From Amoebophrya sp. A120 (Eukaryota > Protista > Dinoflagellata), in NCBI GenBank assembly GCA_905178155.1, contig CAJINV010000004.1, positions 5,806,828-5,870,827 on the forward strand: a stretch of DNA of 64,000 nucleotides. Reading direction: 5' to 3'. The notes under the pieces were generated by a model. The model worked only from the letters and a program-made list of their open reading frames with translations, made no database searches and was not told the origin of the DNA. A program made the translations under genes and the position numbers. Shown piece after piece: positions 26,186 through 39,000 of this stretch (positions are counted from its first letter, which is position 1; the number at the start of each line of letters is the position of its first letter).

Positions 26186-27934
26186 GAAATGATGATTGGT
26201 GTAAGTAGCTTCGCAAAAACAATACTTGCAGCCACTGTTAACTTCAACTTAAAAAAAAACTTCAACGAACTTGTCAACTTTATACTTATGGTAGGTAAAA
26301 AAATTGTACACGATGCTTTCCGTTTCCCTTCCAAAACGCTATAAAAGATGGTGAGAGGCTTTTGTTGCCGACAAAGACAATTCTTGTTCTTTTGTGCTCC
26401 TAAAAAGATCAAATACTTACTTTCTTCTCAAATATACTCGAAAAATTGATTTGTTGCCTACAAGGCGACGTAGATAGATGAATTCTATTTCAAGAAAAGA
26501 GGACTACTGTAACTCCAACGCTTTCAATTTTTTGACTTTGTCATGAATCCTCAAGCAATAATTATTTGTGCCAAAGCAGAACTTGTTCTACACAACTGTG
26601 ATTGCTGGAAAAAAAATGGAAATACGGAACTTCCCTTGGACAACGTATGTAGCTGGTTTGTACAGGCATCGTAGAACCGATATTTTTGGAATTTATCGAT
26701 GAAACAAAACGATATTCAGCATATTTTCATTTTCTCACTTTTCTTGTCCTAAAATTTGAATTCAGATCGTTCAGAGTCAGCAATTGGAATTGTACTGCTG
26801 GCGCAGGATCGTGACAGGGAACTATTAATTTCGCACCGACTAGAACTATTAATTTCTAATATTTTTGCACCGACTAGAACTATTAATTTCGTTACCGAAA
26901 GAGAACACGTTTTTCGATCGCGCACGATAACGATCGAACAAAGACCAGCAGTACGTAGATGAGTTGAAATTCTTTCACTTAAGTCCCTTCAGGTACCGTT
27001 GAATTTCAATTCGTAGAAGTTCTAGTTCGAATAGTTTTCAATGAATAAGGCAGTCTACTTTTGACGCGCCAGTACCCAGGGACTACTACAGCTCCAGCGG
27101 TGTTGGCAGCCCCGGCAAGAGGGGTGCCTGCCACCTTTTAAGTTTTTACTTCGTCGTTGACGAAGTGACTTTCTTCTGACATCGCCGCAAAATAAAGGTC
27201 AGAAACGCCAGCCATCTGTTGTTGAAATAGAAGTTCTTGCACTTCTTCTTTCAAGAGTGCTCCATAGCAAAGGCAGGTAAAGAGTGCGCAGCTCAAACAA
27301 CTCTGCCTCGGCTCGGCAACAAGACGAACCTGCTAGTGTTAATATAGCTACTTCACTTTCGACTACTTTTTCATCCGCCTTAGAAGTGCGCTCTAGAGGA
27401 GCGCTCCTGCAGGTAAGGTGGTACGCTGTATGGCTTGGTCCAGCGAGCTGCAGGAAGGTAGCAAATTATGATTATGTTCGTTATGCTTATGCTGAGGTAG
27501 GTGTAGGTGCAGATGCAATGGTAAGCACTGCAGCAGCTCATACCATAATTCGCGACTTTTTTTTTTGCTTGACCCACAGCATAAGCTCCTACTCCTCAAA
27601 GGGACGAGAAGGAAAAACACTTTTTTCCTTCTCGTCCCTCTAATTGCTTCATTTTCACGGCGTCACTTGATTTTGAATGTTTCAGAAAAATAGAGCTTTG
27701 TGTTTCGTCTTTGTGTTTGTCCCGAACAAAACTACCTTCGAACGGGAATGTAAGAGCAAGATAGCAGCTCTCGATTTTTAAATGCAAATTATACAACGTG
27801 CATGATTCACGTGCGGTCACCATCAGAAGTGCGAACTACGAAAGACGGGGCTTACGACCACCTAAAACGAAAAACCAGACTTCCACAATTTCACTTGTCC
27901 TCGCCCAACCTCCACGCCGCGGATGACAAGACAA

Positions 27935-30744
27935 CTATGGTGTGGGTGCTGGGGCCCCGTCGACATAAGGGTTCTGCACATCGACGTAGGGATTCGGATT
28001 CATCCTGCGCTTCTTGGGGAGCGGTAGGGGAGTACGACGAGGAAGGAAGCTGTGCTGGTCCTGCACGACCTCTGGCTGCGCCGAATCGGGGGACAAAGTG
28101 CTGACCGCGTCGCCGGTTGACGCCGTCGCTTTGTCCTGCTCCGCGTGTGTGCGACTCGCCTCCAGCGCCTTGCGTCTTGCCTTTGCTTTTGTGGCCTCCT
28201 CCTCGACAACCTTGTCGAGAAAGTGGAGGGCTTGCTTCTGCTGGAGACGCAGGCGCAACTCGTCGAGTTTCTTATGGCCTCCTCAGCTTTTGCATTCTCA
28301 GCTGGTGTTACATACAGACTCCACACATTTTTTATCTATGGCAAATGACGACCAGCAAGAGAAAAGCGAGGCACGCCGCGCGGCCGTTCGCAAGACAAGT
28401 TTTGAACAGCTCTCGATGCTATTTGAGGCATCTCAAGTAGTTTGGGTCGCATAGCTTCATGAAAACAGAAAGTGGGAAAGACAAAGGGAAAGCGACAGGC
28501 GACGTAGATTTTGCATGACAAGTTTGTTAGCTGTGTAACAGTTGAGAACGTAACACTTCCGGAGGCCATATTTCTGATCCGACGTCTTCGCTGCAGCTCC
28601 TGCCGGAGTAGTTGTCGTCATCTGTGTCGTTCTATGGATTGCAAATATCTTTCTATGTCATTGCCTGGGGGTGGAAAGTTGCGATGCAAGAAGTCACAGT
28701 CAGTGAATAATCAATACACACACTGCAGCAAGAACTTATTTATTATGAATCGCCAAGCATGACAAGTTGGTGCGTGCCCCGCAGGAGAAACTGCGTTCCT
28801 GCATGATAGACAAGAGGAGCTACTCTTTGTGGGAACCCAATACAGAGGTCAGCGTCACGCCAGACTAGTAGCATGACATCGGAGAGCTGTCGGCAGCACA
28901 TCCGCAATCTTCCTCTTGAAGACCTACACATATTTGCATTTGATACGCGCTGTTCGCTGTAGTATCACCCGTTGCAGTCTGGACGCCGAGGCCGACATGC
29001 GTGGCTGCAGGAGGATAAGGCATAGAAGAACTACTTGATGCGGGAGCCGACCACGGTCCTGTGACTATTCCGTGCGTAGCCGCAGGGCTGGCCGCGGGCG
29101 GGTGATGCATCGGCTGCCCCATCGCAGCTGCTGCCGGGTATTGCGGCAAGAACGTAGGTCCCGGCAAAGGCGCCTGTTGGTGCGGGTGGTATGCAAACTC
29201 AGGCCACTGGTGCGCAGCCGGGTTGTAGTGCGGGTAGAGCCCATACCTAGGCCACTGCGCCAGGTGGAGGTGCGGGGCCTGGACCGGACGATGGTGGAGG
29301 TGCTGCTGATGCTGTTGCTGGTCCCAAGAAGGGGGGTACGTCACGGCTTGTGGATGCGGCTGGGTTCGCGCAAGAACGTGTGGAGCACCAGCATCCAAAC
29401 GCTGTTCTCGCTGGTCGCGACGCGCTCGTGCACTATCTTGTTGTGCAGCAGGTGGCCGAGCTCCTCGCGCCGTCTTGTTCTTCTTGTTCTTCTTCTTTTT
29501 GGAAGTCTTGTCTTGCAAGTGCATCTGCCGCAAGAGCTCCGGATGATCTTGAAACAACCTGCTCGGCGGATCGTACGGTAACGGTTGGGGCTTCTTCAGG
29601 TCCGCAGGGACTCGGTGAAACACAAAGTACGACCCAGGACCTATCCTGAGTAAAAACGTACCCACACCAGGGTCAGGATGGGGATTTTGCAACACAAGCC
29701 TGGGAGTTTTAGGAGTCACGCATGACAAGTTTCAGTCCGTAAGGTAGTGCAAGTTAGCAAGGAAAGCCGCATCACAAATCGACCTTCTGATCCTGTTTAC
29801 AGCATTACAAGTTCCAAAACACGATGGGCAATGTCCCTCATGGGGATGCGCATTACAAATGCTCTTGTGCTTGCAAATCTGCATGACAACTCTGGTGTGG
29901 GTACGTTTTTACTCAGGATAGGACCCGCCTCCCGTTTGACTGGGCCCACCCAGCCGTTTATGAATTGCAAAAATGTCTGGGTCTGGAAACTTGTGATGCA
30001 AGTCAGTCAATAACAAATGCACTGTTATGCGCCGCCAAGCATGACAAGTTGCTTCGTGCTTCTGTGCTGCGTATTCCGCATGAGAAACTGCGTTTTTGCA
30101 TGACAGGCGAGAGAGGCTGTTTGTGGCCACGCAATACAGGTTTAAGGGCCATGCCAGATCAGCATGACAAATCTCGCAATCTTCCAGACCCAGACATTTT
30201 TGCATTTGATACCGTTTCCATCTGGTGTCAGTCCAGCCTGAGCTGCCGTAACCAACATCTGCGCAACTCTGGGTATGTTCTCATAATGAACCAGTGGGTT
30301 CCTCGCAACTCTAGCACTACCAGTCGGGGTGTCTTCGATCGTCAACCTCATGCTCCACAGAGATATGTTCCGGCCTTCAATGAAGCTTTTCACGTAATAA
30401 ATGCAATCCAATGCGGCCTCAGAGAGAAAAACGTCATTTGGAAGGCGGACATTATTCATCATCTTCGCCACATTGGCATCTTCGCCGCATTGCTCCTCCC
30501 CGAAAATTTCTCGACGGATATACGCGGTGCAGATTTTCTCCTTCTCCTGATAAGGAAGCTTTGCCAAATCCGCTACGATCGAAGCGTGCTGATCCCCGAA
30601 AGAAGGACCTTGTTCTAGTACTTGCTGCTCTTGTTTGGCAAAAATCGTCGCTGCCGCATCAGCAACTTTGATGTAAGAATTGCCGCCGCATGTCAAGAGA
30701 GCAGTAGTAGAGAAGGTGGACCAAGAAACCAACGACCGAAACAT
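27935..30744 (-). CDS. Secreted AGWVGPV-family protein, paralogue 2 (~548 aa) with four introners
   Basis: N-terminal hydrophobic stretch; KEKICTAYIRREIFG..LDCIYYVKSF..LWSM..GNGWVGPVKREAGPGSYFVFHR; Pro/Gln/His-rich tail; all four junctions in frame. Confidence 0.8.
28273..28570. mobile_element. Introner family H (298 nt)
   Basis: Short TIR tatggcctcc / ggaggccata; DR TTTCT; frame restored (DQKLDE). Confidence 0.8.
28633..28945. mobile_element. Degenerate introner family A (313 nt)
   Basis: Decayed copy of 29959-30211; DR cgttc/cgcgc; frame restored. Confidence 0.75.
29642..29920. mobile_element. Introner family D (279 nt)
   Basis: Perfect 29-bp TIR tatcctgagtaaaaacgtacccacaccag; DR GGACC. 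Confidence 0.95.
29959..30211. mobile_element. Introner family A (253 nt)
   Basis: Family A TIRs; DR CCGTT. Confidence 0.95.
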
Positions 30745-31819
30745 CTTTACTAGTATCTCCGCAAGAATTCGTCCCTTGTATTTGTTGTAAACGTCCCTAG
30801 TAAATAAAAAAAAACTCTTCTCCTTCAGTGCAAAATGTCACAGCGCGATAGCGATCTTCACAGGAAAATTGAGTCTGTGCTTTTTGTTTTTGTTTTGACT
30901 TCTTAGTTCAGGGCATAGATATAGTATACTTCGCAAAAAAAATCTGTAGTGCAATTTGTTCCTTGTGGATGTAGGTCGACTTGTGTAGTCGGAACAAACT
31001 TCGTAGATGGACGACGTAGTGGTAAAGCAAATGCAAAAGCTAGTAACTTGGTTCGGCACTTGTAATTTTACATATATACACAAAACACTTGAACTTGAAG
31101 GCAATGACGGTGCGATTCTAATAAAATAGTTTTTTTCAAAAAGCAAGGAGAACAACTTAGTTCTTCCTTATTTCAGCGGATTACATACACTCTGTGGAAA
31201 AATTTGTAGGAACCAAAGAGAAATGGCAATAGTACAGAACGACGAAGGCATCGTAGCACTGATTTTGAACTTTATCCAGACAAAACGGATCATGATCTCA
31301 CCCAGATTTGCTGACTTTCCTTATTCTAGAATTTCGATCAAAAATTGGATTTCGGAACCTTTTACCGAAAAAAATCTTGCTCTGCTGGAGCATCGTGAAG
31401 CAGAGGACCTAATCTTCATCTTCATGGTATGCCGATACCAGCACTACAGGAGCACGGAAGTAACCCACTGATTGTGATCGCCTTGGTGGTTCTTTTTCAA
31501 ATAAACAACTGTGGAGCTAGGTACCTTAAAACATGCTTTCGGATCTTGATTTTCGATTTTGCAGCACCGAACTCGCTCTAGATCCAATGCCAACACGAGA
31601 AGTAGATCGAGGCAGGGTCGGCCCTTTGTTCATAGCACTGCAGCCCTGAAGGTGCGCTGCTGCATTGGGGAACCGATTTGATATCGATGCACTCTTCCCT
31701 TCAGGAGCCACGCTGTCGAGGTCTGTCAGTGAGGGGGGGCGACGTCATTATTTTTGTTCTTCCTCTGTTGACCGACTTATTCAGTTCCTGAAGGGCCGAG
31801 GCTCACCGGAGTTATTAGG

Positions 31820-32343
31820 CTCGCTGTGGCGTGCAAGAAAACCTTTTGTATTTCCGCCAAGTCCACTTGGAGCCGCTCTGCTTTCGCAACCGCCTCACCC
31901 ACAGGCCTGTCCGCGCGCAGCCGATGCAGGTCTGCGAAGGTGTACGCGAGATTTCCCGGAGCAAAGTCGTCATCATCGTCTCCTCCTGCATCGTCGAGCC
32001 GTTGTACGTCCAGGTTTCTCAAGGGGTGAAAGCCCCGGATCGCGTTCTTGTGCGCGTGTAGCTGTTGTTTCTTTGGATCAGAAGCCGCGGGGGCGTACGT
32101 CCGCTTCGCAATAATGGAAATCTCGTCTCCTGCTTCAGCTGCAGCTGCGAAGAAAATCATGGGTGTTCCTTTCGAGGGCCGGGCGATGTTGGCCGCCCCC
32201 TCGATCTCCTGGAAATCCCCGTCGCGCCAATGCCAGTTATGCACCATTGCAAATACGTCTAGGTGTAGGAGTAGAAAGTCATGCCAAATCTGGATCGTGG
32301 TACAAAAATGTGTGTCTAAAGGTTACGACCACTACTATTTTCC
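31820..32343 (-). pseudogene. Duplicated internal fragment of the papain-like gene (copy of ~38583-39275), including half an introner
   Basis: Near-identical WHWRDGDFQEIEGAANIARP..ERLQVDLAEIQKVFLH; lacks the 38641 introner; carries the left TIR of the 39171 introner at 32238. Confidence 0.85.
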
Positions 32344-33251
32344 ACGCGCAGATGGCCGTCCAGCACCGGCGTCGCGGGCCACCAGGTCCAGGGCTCAGAA
32401 ACGTGCGGCGACACTCCACTCATGGCCGGTTCAGCGACGTCACCTACTTCCTGCCTTGGCGAATGATGGTCAGGCGCGGCCTTCGCGAGAAGCGTCTTAC
32501 GAGAAGGCGCTTGCTGTTGTACCTTTAGCGGACCTTCCTCCTCTTCCGGTTGGTTCATCATCTTGAATACATACCCTCCTTTCGAAGCAAACTTTCCTTC
32601 CCTTGGGATGCCTATCGGGAGATTGACAGGACCGACCCAGCCAGCTGCATCTCGTACAGCAGCTTCTTGCACGAGTGCCCTGAACAGCACTTGAGCAACT
32701 TTGGTTGGATTGGTCTCAGCAACTGCGGCGTTCTCATGACCGCGAGCGTTCAGCTTCTTCACCCAAAGGCGCACTCTGTGCCTCTCAACAAATGTCCTCA
32801 CGTGAAGATAACAGCCCAGACCAGGCGACTTACGAAAAGCGTGGATCGGAATGTGCCCGATCTCTCGCATCTTCAACTTGGCCGCCTCTTTTTTAGCAAC
32901 CGGGAATGTCTTGTCGTCCCAGCCGACGGCGCCCTCCGTGCGAGTATACATGTACGCGATGCAAATCTCTTCCTTCTGTGCCTGGGAAAGTGCTGCCAGT
33001 TCCGCTCTCAGCCTGTTGTGGTCGCCGTCCGGCGTCGTCCCGGGCGCAGGAAGGTGTAGCTCGGCACTGCGTGCCGCCTCCGCACCATGGAAGTTGATAC
33101 TGCCAGCGAAAAAAAAGACGGACAAAAGAGCCAATCCACGCAAGGACGACGCGCGCTCCTTCGTCACACGACCTTCATGCGTACGGCAAAACGAAATAGA
33201 GGAACTGCCGTATTGAGGCTGCTGCTGCCCAGAAGTAGCAAGCATTTTCAT
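32316..33251 (-). CDS. Secreted AGWVGPV-family protein, paralogue 3 (311 aa, intronless, possibly 3'-truncated)
   Basis: Close paralogue of 24157-26185; the last codons derive from the duplicated fragment. Confidence 0.8.
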   Translation of the reverse strand: MKMLATSGQQQPQYGSSSISFCRTHEGRVTKERASSLRGLALLSVFFFAGSINFHGAEAARSAELHLPAPGTTPDGDHNRLRAELAALSQAQKEEICIAYMYTRTEGAVGWDDKTFPVAKKEAAKLKMREIGHIPIHAFRKSPGLGCYLHVRTFVERHRVRLWVKKLNARGHENAAVAETNPTKVAQVLFRALVQEAAVRDAAGWVGPVNLPIGIPREGKFASKGGYVFKMMNQPEEEEGPLKVQQQAPSRKTLLAKAAPDHHSPRQEVGDVAEPAMSGVSPHVSEPWTWWPATPVLDGHLRVENSSGRNL

Positions 33252-33254
33252 AAA

Positions 33255-34205
33255 ATGCTGATTGATGTAGATGTAGTAAGTAGCTTAGCGATAGCGCAGC
33301 TTCTAGTAGCCACTGTTAACTTCAATTTACTTAAAAAAACTTCAACTTGTGAACTTTATGCTTCTGGTATAGTAAAAAGAATTGTGCACGTTCTTTGTTC
33401 CGCCCTCGCAAAAGGATATAAATTATGGTGATAGCACACTTGTGCTGGCCACAAAGACAATTGGAATTGCTTTGTGTTCCGAACGAAATCAAATACTTTT
33501 GTCCTATGCTCGAAGCATTGAAGATCTGTTGCCTACGAATTCTATTTTCGAACAGAAAAGAGGACTACTGTTGCTGTAACTTAACTCCACCTACGATTTG
33601 AATTTTTTGAGTTTGTGTTTGTCATGAATCTCCAAGCAATATTTTGTGCGGAACTTATTCTACACAGACAACTGTGATAGTGATTGCTGGAAAAAAAATG
33701 GAAATACGGAACTTCCCATTGACAATGTAGCTGGTTTGTACGAGCGCCGTACTTAGCACGACCGATGGATTTCGAACTTTATCCAGACAAAACGGAAGAC
33801 CTTCAACATATTTTCACTCACTTTTCTCGTCCTAGAATTTCGATCGGAAATTGGATTTCGGAAAATAAACCTTCTACCGAAAACAATTCTTCCTGGCACG
33901 GCTGGAAGATCGGGAGCCAAGGGATCTAATCTTGGTATTCCGATACAATAATTTACAGGAGCACACCAGAATTAACCCACTGTCACTGATCGTGATCGCA
34001 TTGGTGATTCTTTTTCAAAAAAACAACTGTGGAGCTACAACTACCTTGAAACATTTCTTCAGACAGATTTCGGATCTTGCTTTTCTATTTTGTACCGACC
34101 GGGCTCTAGATCCGATGCCAACACCAGAAGTAGATCTTCTAGGCAGGGTCGGCCCCTTCACAACAGCACTGCAGCCCCGAAGGCGCGCTGCTGCACCGGG
34201 GAACA
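33255..34205. repeat. Upstream block shared with 26190-26830 and 31160-31680
   Basis: Shared strings gccactgttaacttcaa, aaaagaggactactg, gattgctggaaaaaaaatggaaatacggaacttccc and tttatccagacaaaacgga. Confidence 0.8.
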
Positions 34206-34789
34206 CACTGCTTCACATGATGAAATCATTCTCACGTTCACGTTGAGTTCTTGTGCAAACCATTTAGAAAGAAGGTAGATAGAAGAGGACGTGCAGTTGT
34301 CTGAATTTCCATTTCAGCCAATAGCAAAAGCCGGCAAAATTTATAGACTGGTCATTTGTAAAAAATATGCAGGAAGAAAATCAACTCGCAGACGAAAGAA
34401 GTAAGAGAGCACAAATATGAAGATGGACAATCATGGCGTTGTCCACTATAATTATGAAAAGATCACGATTACCCGCCTCTCCGAAACAGCAAAAGTCGCT
34501 GGTCGTTCGTTTGTTTAAAAGGAAACTTCGTAGTAGTACATTAACAAGAGCTACTTGTTTACTGGACTGTAAAAACACGCAGTAAAGACGAGCAGTCGCA
34601 CTTTTTTCAGAGCAATATCCGCACCACACTTTGTCTTCAATGCGGAGCTGCGGAAAAGTGCAAGAGCTATCGAGAAGTTTGAAATTCACTGTAAAAAATC
34701 CCCGGCGAGGGGAGTTTGAAATAAGATGTACGTAGCAGATTCAGATTTCTCATTCACTTCCGAGTGCTTCTAGAACCCCGTCGCTTCAT

Positions 34790-35740
34790 TTATGGTCGTG
34801 GTTCACGATCTCGTCTGTCTCCATTCCTCGTACCCTCGCGGGAAGAAGTCCTCCCGCGGGACCTCCCGCGCGGCCTATCTTGCCCGTGGTGCGCGTCTTC
34901 TCCTGTAGGCACGCGCTCAGCTGTGCCCGGAGCGGTCGAGGTCGATCGGGATCGGTTTCTCCCCTTTCTCCCAGTGGGCTGGTGGCGTAGAGAGAGATGA
35001 GGACCCGGCTTTGTTTGTCTGCTAGCGGGAGCGGTAGTATTCGGATTAAACGTGACATTACGCTTGGGCCGGGAATAGAAAAGGTGCTACTAGATTTCAT
35101 TTAAACGGAACAATGCACCATGCTGGAAACGCATTGCATTTTTACGCAGAGAGGAATGCGCCTTGCATGGTGCCCGTCATAGGCATAGCTAAAAAGCGGT
35201 ATTAGATAGAAGTAAAGAATTTGTGGTGTTTGGCAAGGGCACTGGATGGAACGAGATGCATAAATTTTTCTCGTTCCCGGCACAACAACACACTACATGA
35301 AATGAATTTTGTATTTCATACGATGTCGCTCTCCTACTTCTGCTCCTTCGACGAGTTGTCCGGCGGCGTGTTCTTTCGCTGTTCTTGCGACTCTGAGCTG
35401 ATTTTTGTTCCGCCGGCGGAGAACGCTCTGCTGGCTCCTTGACCAGCGGTTGTGACACCATCGTTCTAGATACAGGGCTACTAGCCGCAGACGGCAGCGC
35501 CTTATTAGCGAGTTTCTTGGGTCGTGGACGAGATGAACCTGCGAACAAAGGCATGGGCGGGAGGCGTGTCAAATCGATGGGGGGTTTGTTTCCGTCTACT
35601 TCGGCAGTATCCGTACGTAGCGGATGAAGCGGCGACAACGTCGACAGCCCCGTAGACTCCAGAAGCGCCGTCTCTTTACTTACTATTTCCTGATGCGAAG
35701 CTGGCGAACGGATCTCCTTCGGATCCACAACAAATTTCAT
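34790..35740 (-). CDS. Hypothetical basic Arg/Ser/Pro-rich protein, two exons (junction approximate)
   Basis: MKFVVDPKEIRSP..RRRSRSRRATS, then an open frame SRPKRNVTFNP..RSRGRTSSR..RP* after an AT-rich intron at ~35075-35320. Confidence 0.5.
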
Positions 35741-36002
35741 CGGATCAATATGGAGGGAAAAATACTGCGCAAATTTATATGAAATTCTACCATTCTTGCT
35801 TCTTGAACGAAAATATTGAAGCGAAGTGGTGTGGCGACAAAGCTCAAGTTCAGTTTTAAATTTTACGACGCAACGTGATAGATCTCGTCCTAGCTGAGAC
35901 CCACAAGGCACGCCACACCACGTGGAGCGGTTGAGTTGACGCGGGATGATGCAAATTTCATTTCTTTCCTCGATCGAGATGATCACTATTATTCCGATTG
36001 AA

Positions 36003-39000
36003 TTATCGGTTGGCGCGGGGGCACTTTTTTCCCTCTCGATACGGTACCATGGTTGGTGCGAGGAAGTAGGGTTTTGCCGGCTTTCTTTCCGGTTCGGGGT
36101 CAAAAAATTTTTCGAAATCCGGATCGCCCAGGGTGAAAAACCAGGGGTTTGTTGCCCAACTGTTCTTCAGGATCCAGCCGGTTTTGGTGACGGTGTTTCC
36201 GTCCGGGCCGGGCACCTTCTCTTCAAAGTACCCCACCACAGCCATTGCATGGGACATGGTCTCCCCCGAAAACGGGTTCGTGCGTACGTCGTCGTAGACC
36301 ACCATCACAGGCCCAAAGTGCCGCAAGTGGTGCTTGACATCTGCTTCCTTCTCCAGGTAGCGAAACCCGCCAAAAAGCCGCAGCAATGGCACGTCAATCC
36401 GGCCAGCATTATCCTGAGTAAAAACATCGACGTCCCCATCCCATCGGCAAGATGGAAATGTGCTACACAAATACAAGCTTTGCTTGTTGCGCATGACAAT
36501 AAATTTGGGCTCGCTAATATGTCGTCGTCTTTCGTTAGTTTAGCAGCATGAAAGATCTCGCGCATCATGCTGATTCGAGAATCACAAATCTCAAAACATC
36601 ACTAGAAATAAATGCTGTCTACTCCGCACAAGAAACATTTTAAGCATGCAGATTTGCATCAAAACTGTGGGGACGAGGGGACGTTCATTTCTCGCGGGAT
36701 AACCCTCGCGGAGGTCCCATTTTAGCGGCTCCTCGTCCGAAATCTGGATTTGCTCGCCTGGAACAACTGCGGGCTCCACGCGAACGTCGTTCTTCCACCA
36801 GCTGCCCGGACTCATGACCGTCTCGTCCTCGCTCATTTTCCCGTTGACGTAATACGCCACGCCCGACGTGCGCCGGTTCCGGTCCAGATTGGTGCTCAGC
36901 CGCTGCAGGTCGGCGGGGAAACTGACAGCGGAGGCGCCTGTATCCTGTGCAAAAGTATCGTGCTCGTAGTAATTGCTGTTATGCATGACAAATCTCTTTC
37001 CCAAGGTAAAACAGCATGACAAATTTCATTTGTAATGCTAAGTCAATTTGTAATGCAATTTATACTAGTACGATGCTTTTGCATTTCATAGCCTGTAGTT
37101 TCAAGCAACTGCGCCCGCTCGGCTCTATCCCTCGCGTAGTGCAAGCTGCGGTAGATGGTCGCCACGCTGGCTGCCGCGTAGGCGTAGCAAGTACCCGTGT
37201 TCTCCTGGTCGCGCACCGCAAACACGGACTGAAGCAGCTTCTGCCGCACGTCTTCGGTACAGCCCGGACACCCTTCCCGCGTGAACAAATGGTCGCCAAC
37301 CATGTAAAACTCCTCATCCGCCTCGTGCAAGTGGTCGTCACGTCGGCGAATAAATTGCTGATATTTGTTCCACAGCTTGTACTTGCGCAGGAGGGCTTTC
37401 TGGGCCTTGATTTGGCCCTGTTCATCCAATTCGCTAGGAAGAGGAACTGCTCCTCGGCCATGGTCCAATAGGATTTTGCGAAAATCGAAATCCAAGGTGT
37501 TGCTGGTGCCTCCGAGAAAATCTGAAGCTATTAAATTGGTCGGAGACGAGCCCAGCGAAGTCAACATCTTAATTTTTTCATACGATCCCCGCAGTGTGCG
37601 AAATTTTTGGCCCCCGCCCTTTTCATCTTCGCCGTAAATGGCAAGCCGCCGACTGTTATCCTGTGCAAAAGTAATATCGCATTCGTACTAATTGCAATTA
37701 CATGACAAATCTTGTCCTGAAGGTAAAACAGCATGACAAATTCCAACTCTCATGCTGAGCAAAATTGCTTGCAATTTGTACTAGTACGGTACTTTTGCAG
37801 TTCATAACTGTCCGCCACCCCTTCGACCATGCGACACTCGACAATGGGTTCTACTGCTGATGATCGTGGGCTACTACCAGCAGGAGGAGGCTGATGAAAT
37901 GTTTGAAAACAGGGAATCGCGTGCAGACTAGAGATAAGCGGCCCCAGATTGAAGTTTCGCAGCACGAATTGCCCGACAACGGTGTGCTTGTGCTTTTCTT
38001 GTTGTTGCCAGGCTGCACCATCCCCGGGAAAAAACTTCTCGGTCGCACGTTCCACGGCAGTGGCGAAGTAGTTCATTTTGTGAATATCATCACCTCCACC
38101 TGGCATGCCAGCAGCAGCTGTCCCCCATGGTGCCTCTTGCCCCGCCACCAGTACAGGTGGCAGTGTCGGCGCCCACTCGGAGGCGGTGTACTTTCGCTGC
38201 AGTGCGAAGCCCTCCAGCGCGTCGCCGGTTTCCGTTGTCACGCGACCGTGCATATGCATTGCAAAAGTAAATCGTATTAGTACGTCTAACTACGTATGAA
38301 TCGCAGTGCAAATTTGCGAAACGTGATCATAGTGTTGATAAATGGAATTTGTCATGCTGATTTGTCACGCAATTCTGGCATTTAGACAAGTATTGGATAC
38401 TTTTCTTGGCAATGCGTAGTACAAGTAGCTTGTTCCCGTACCCTGTTTTTCAAGCCGCCCCATGTAGCCCGGCGCCACCAGCATGTCAGCCTGCCACTGC
38501 GGCGTGAGCACATCCACCAGAGTTACTGCGGATCGGTGAGGTTCGGTGTAGAAGCTTTCTTTTTCTTCTAGTACCAAACCTTTGGTGTGCAAGAAAACCT
38601 TTTGTATTTCCGCCAAGTCCACTTGGAGCCGCTCAGCTTCTATCCACTGGAAATTTCCCGGACACGGAAACCAATGCTGTTTCTGCATAGCAAAACTTGC
38701 CCTCAATCTTAGTCAGCATCACAAGTTTGACACTCGTCAAAAGTACATACAAGTAGCGAAATTTGTAAATGCATTTTGTACATGTTCATGATGTACGGGA
38801 AATTTGTATTGCATAGCTTCTGCAACCGCCTTAGCCAAAGGCCTGTCCGCGCGCAGCCGATGCAGGTTTGCGAAGGTATACGCGAGATTTGAAAGAGCAA
38901 AGTCGTCATCATCATCTCCTGCAGCTTCGAGCCGTTGTGCGTCCAGGTTTCTCAAGGGGTGAAAGCCCCGGATCGCGTTCTTGTGCGCGTGTAGCTGTTG

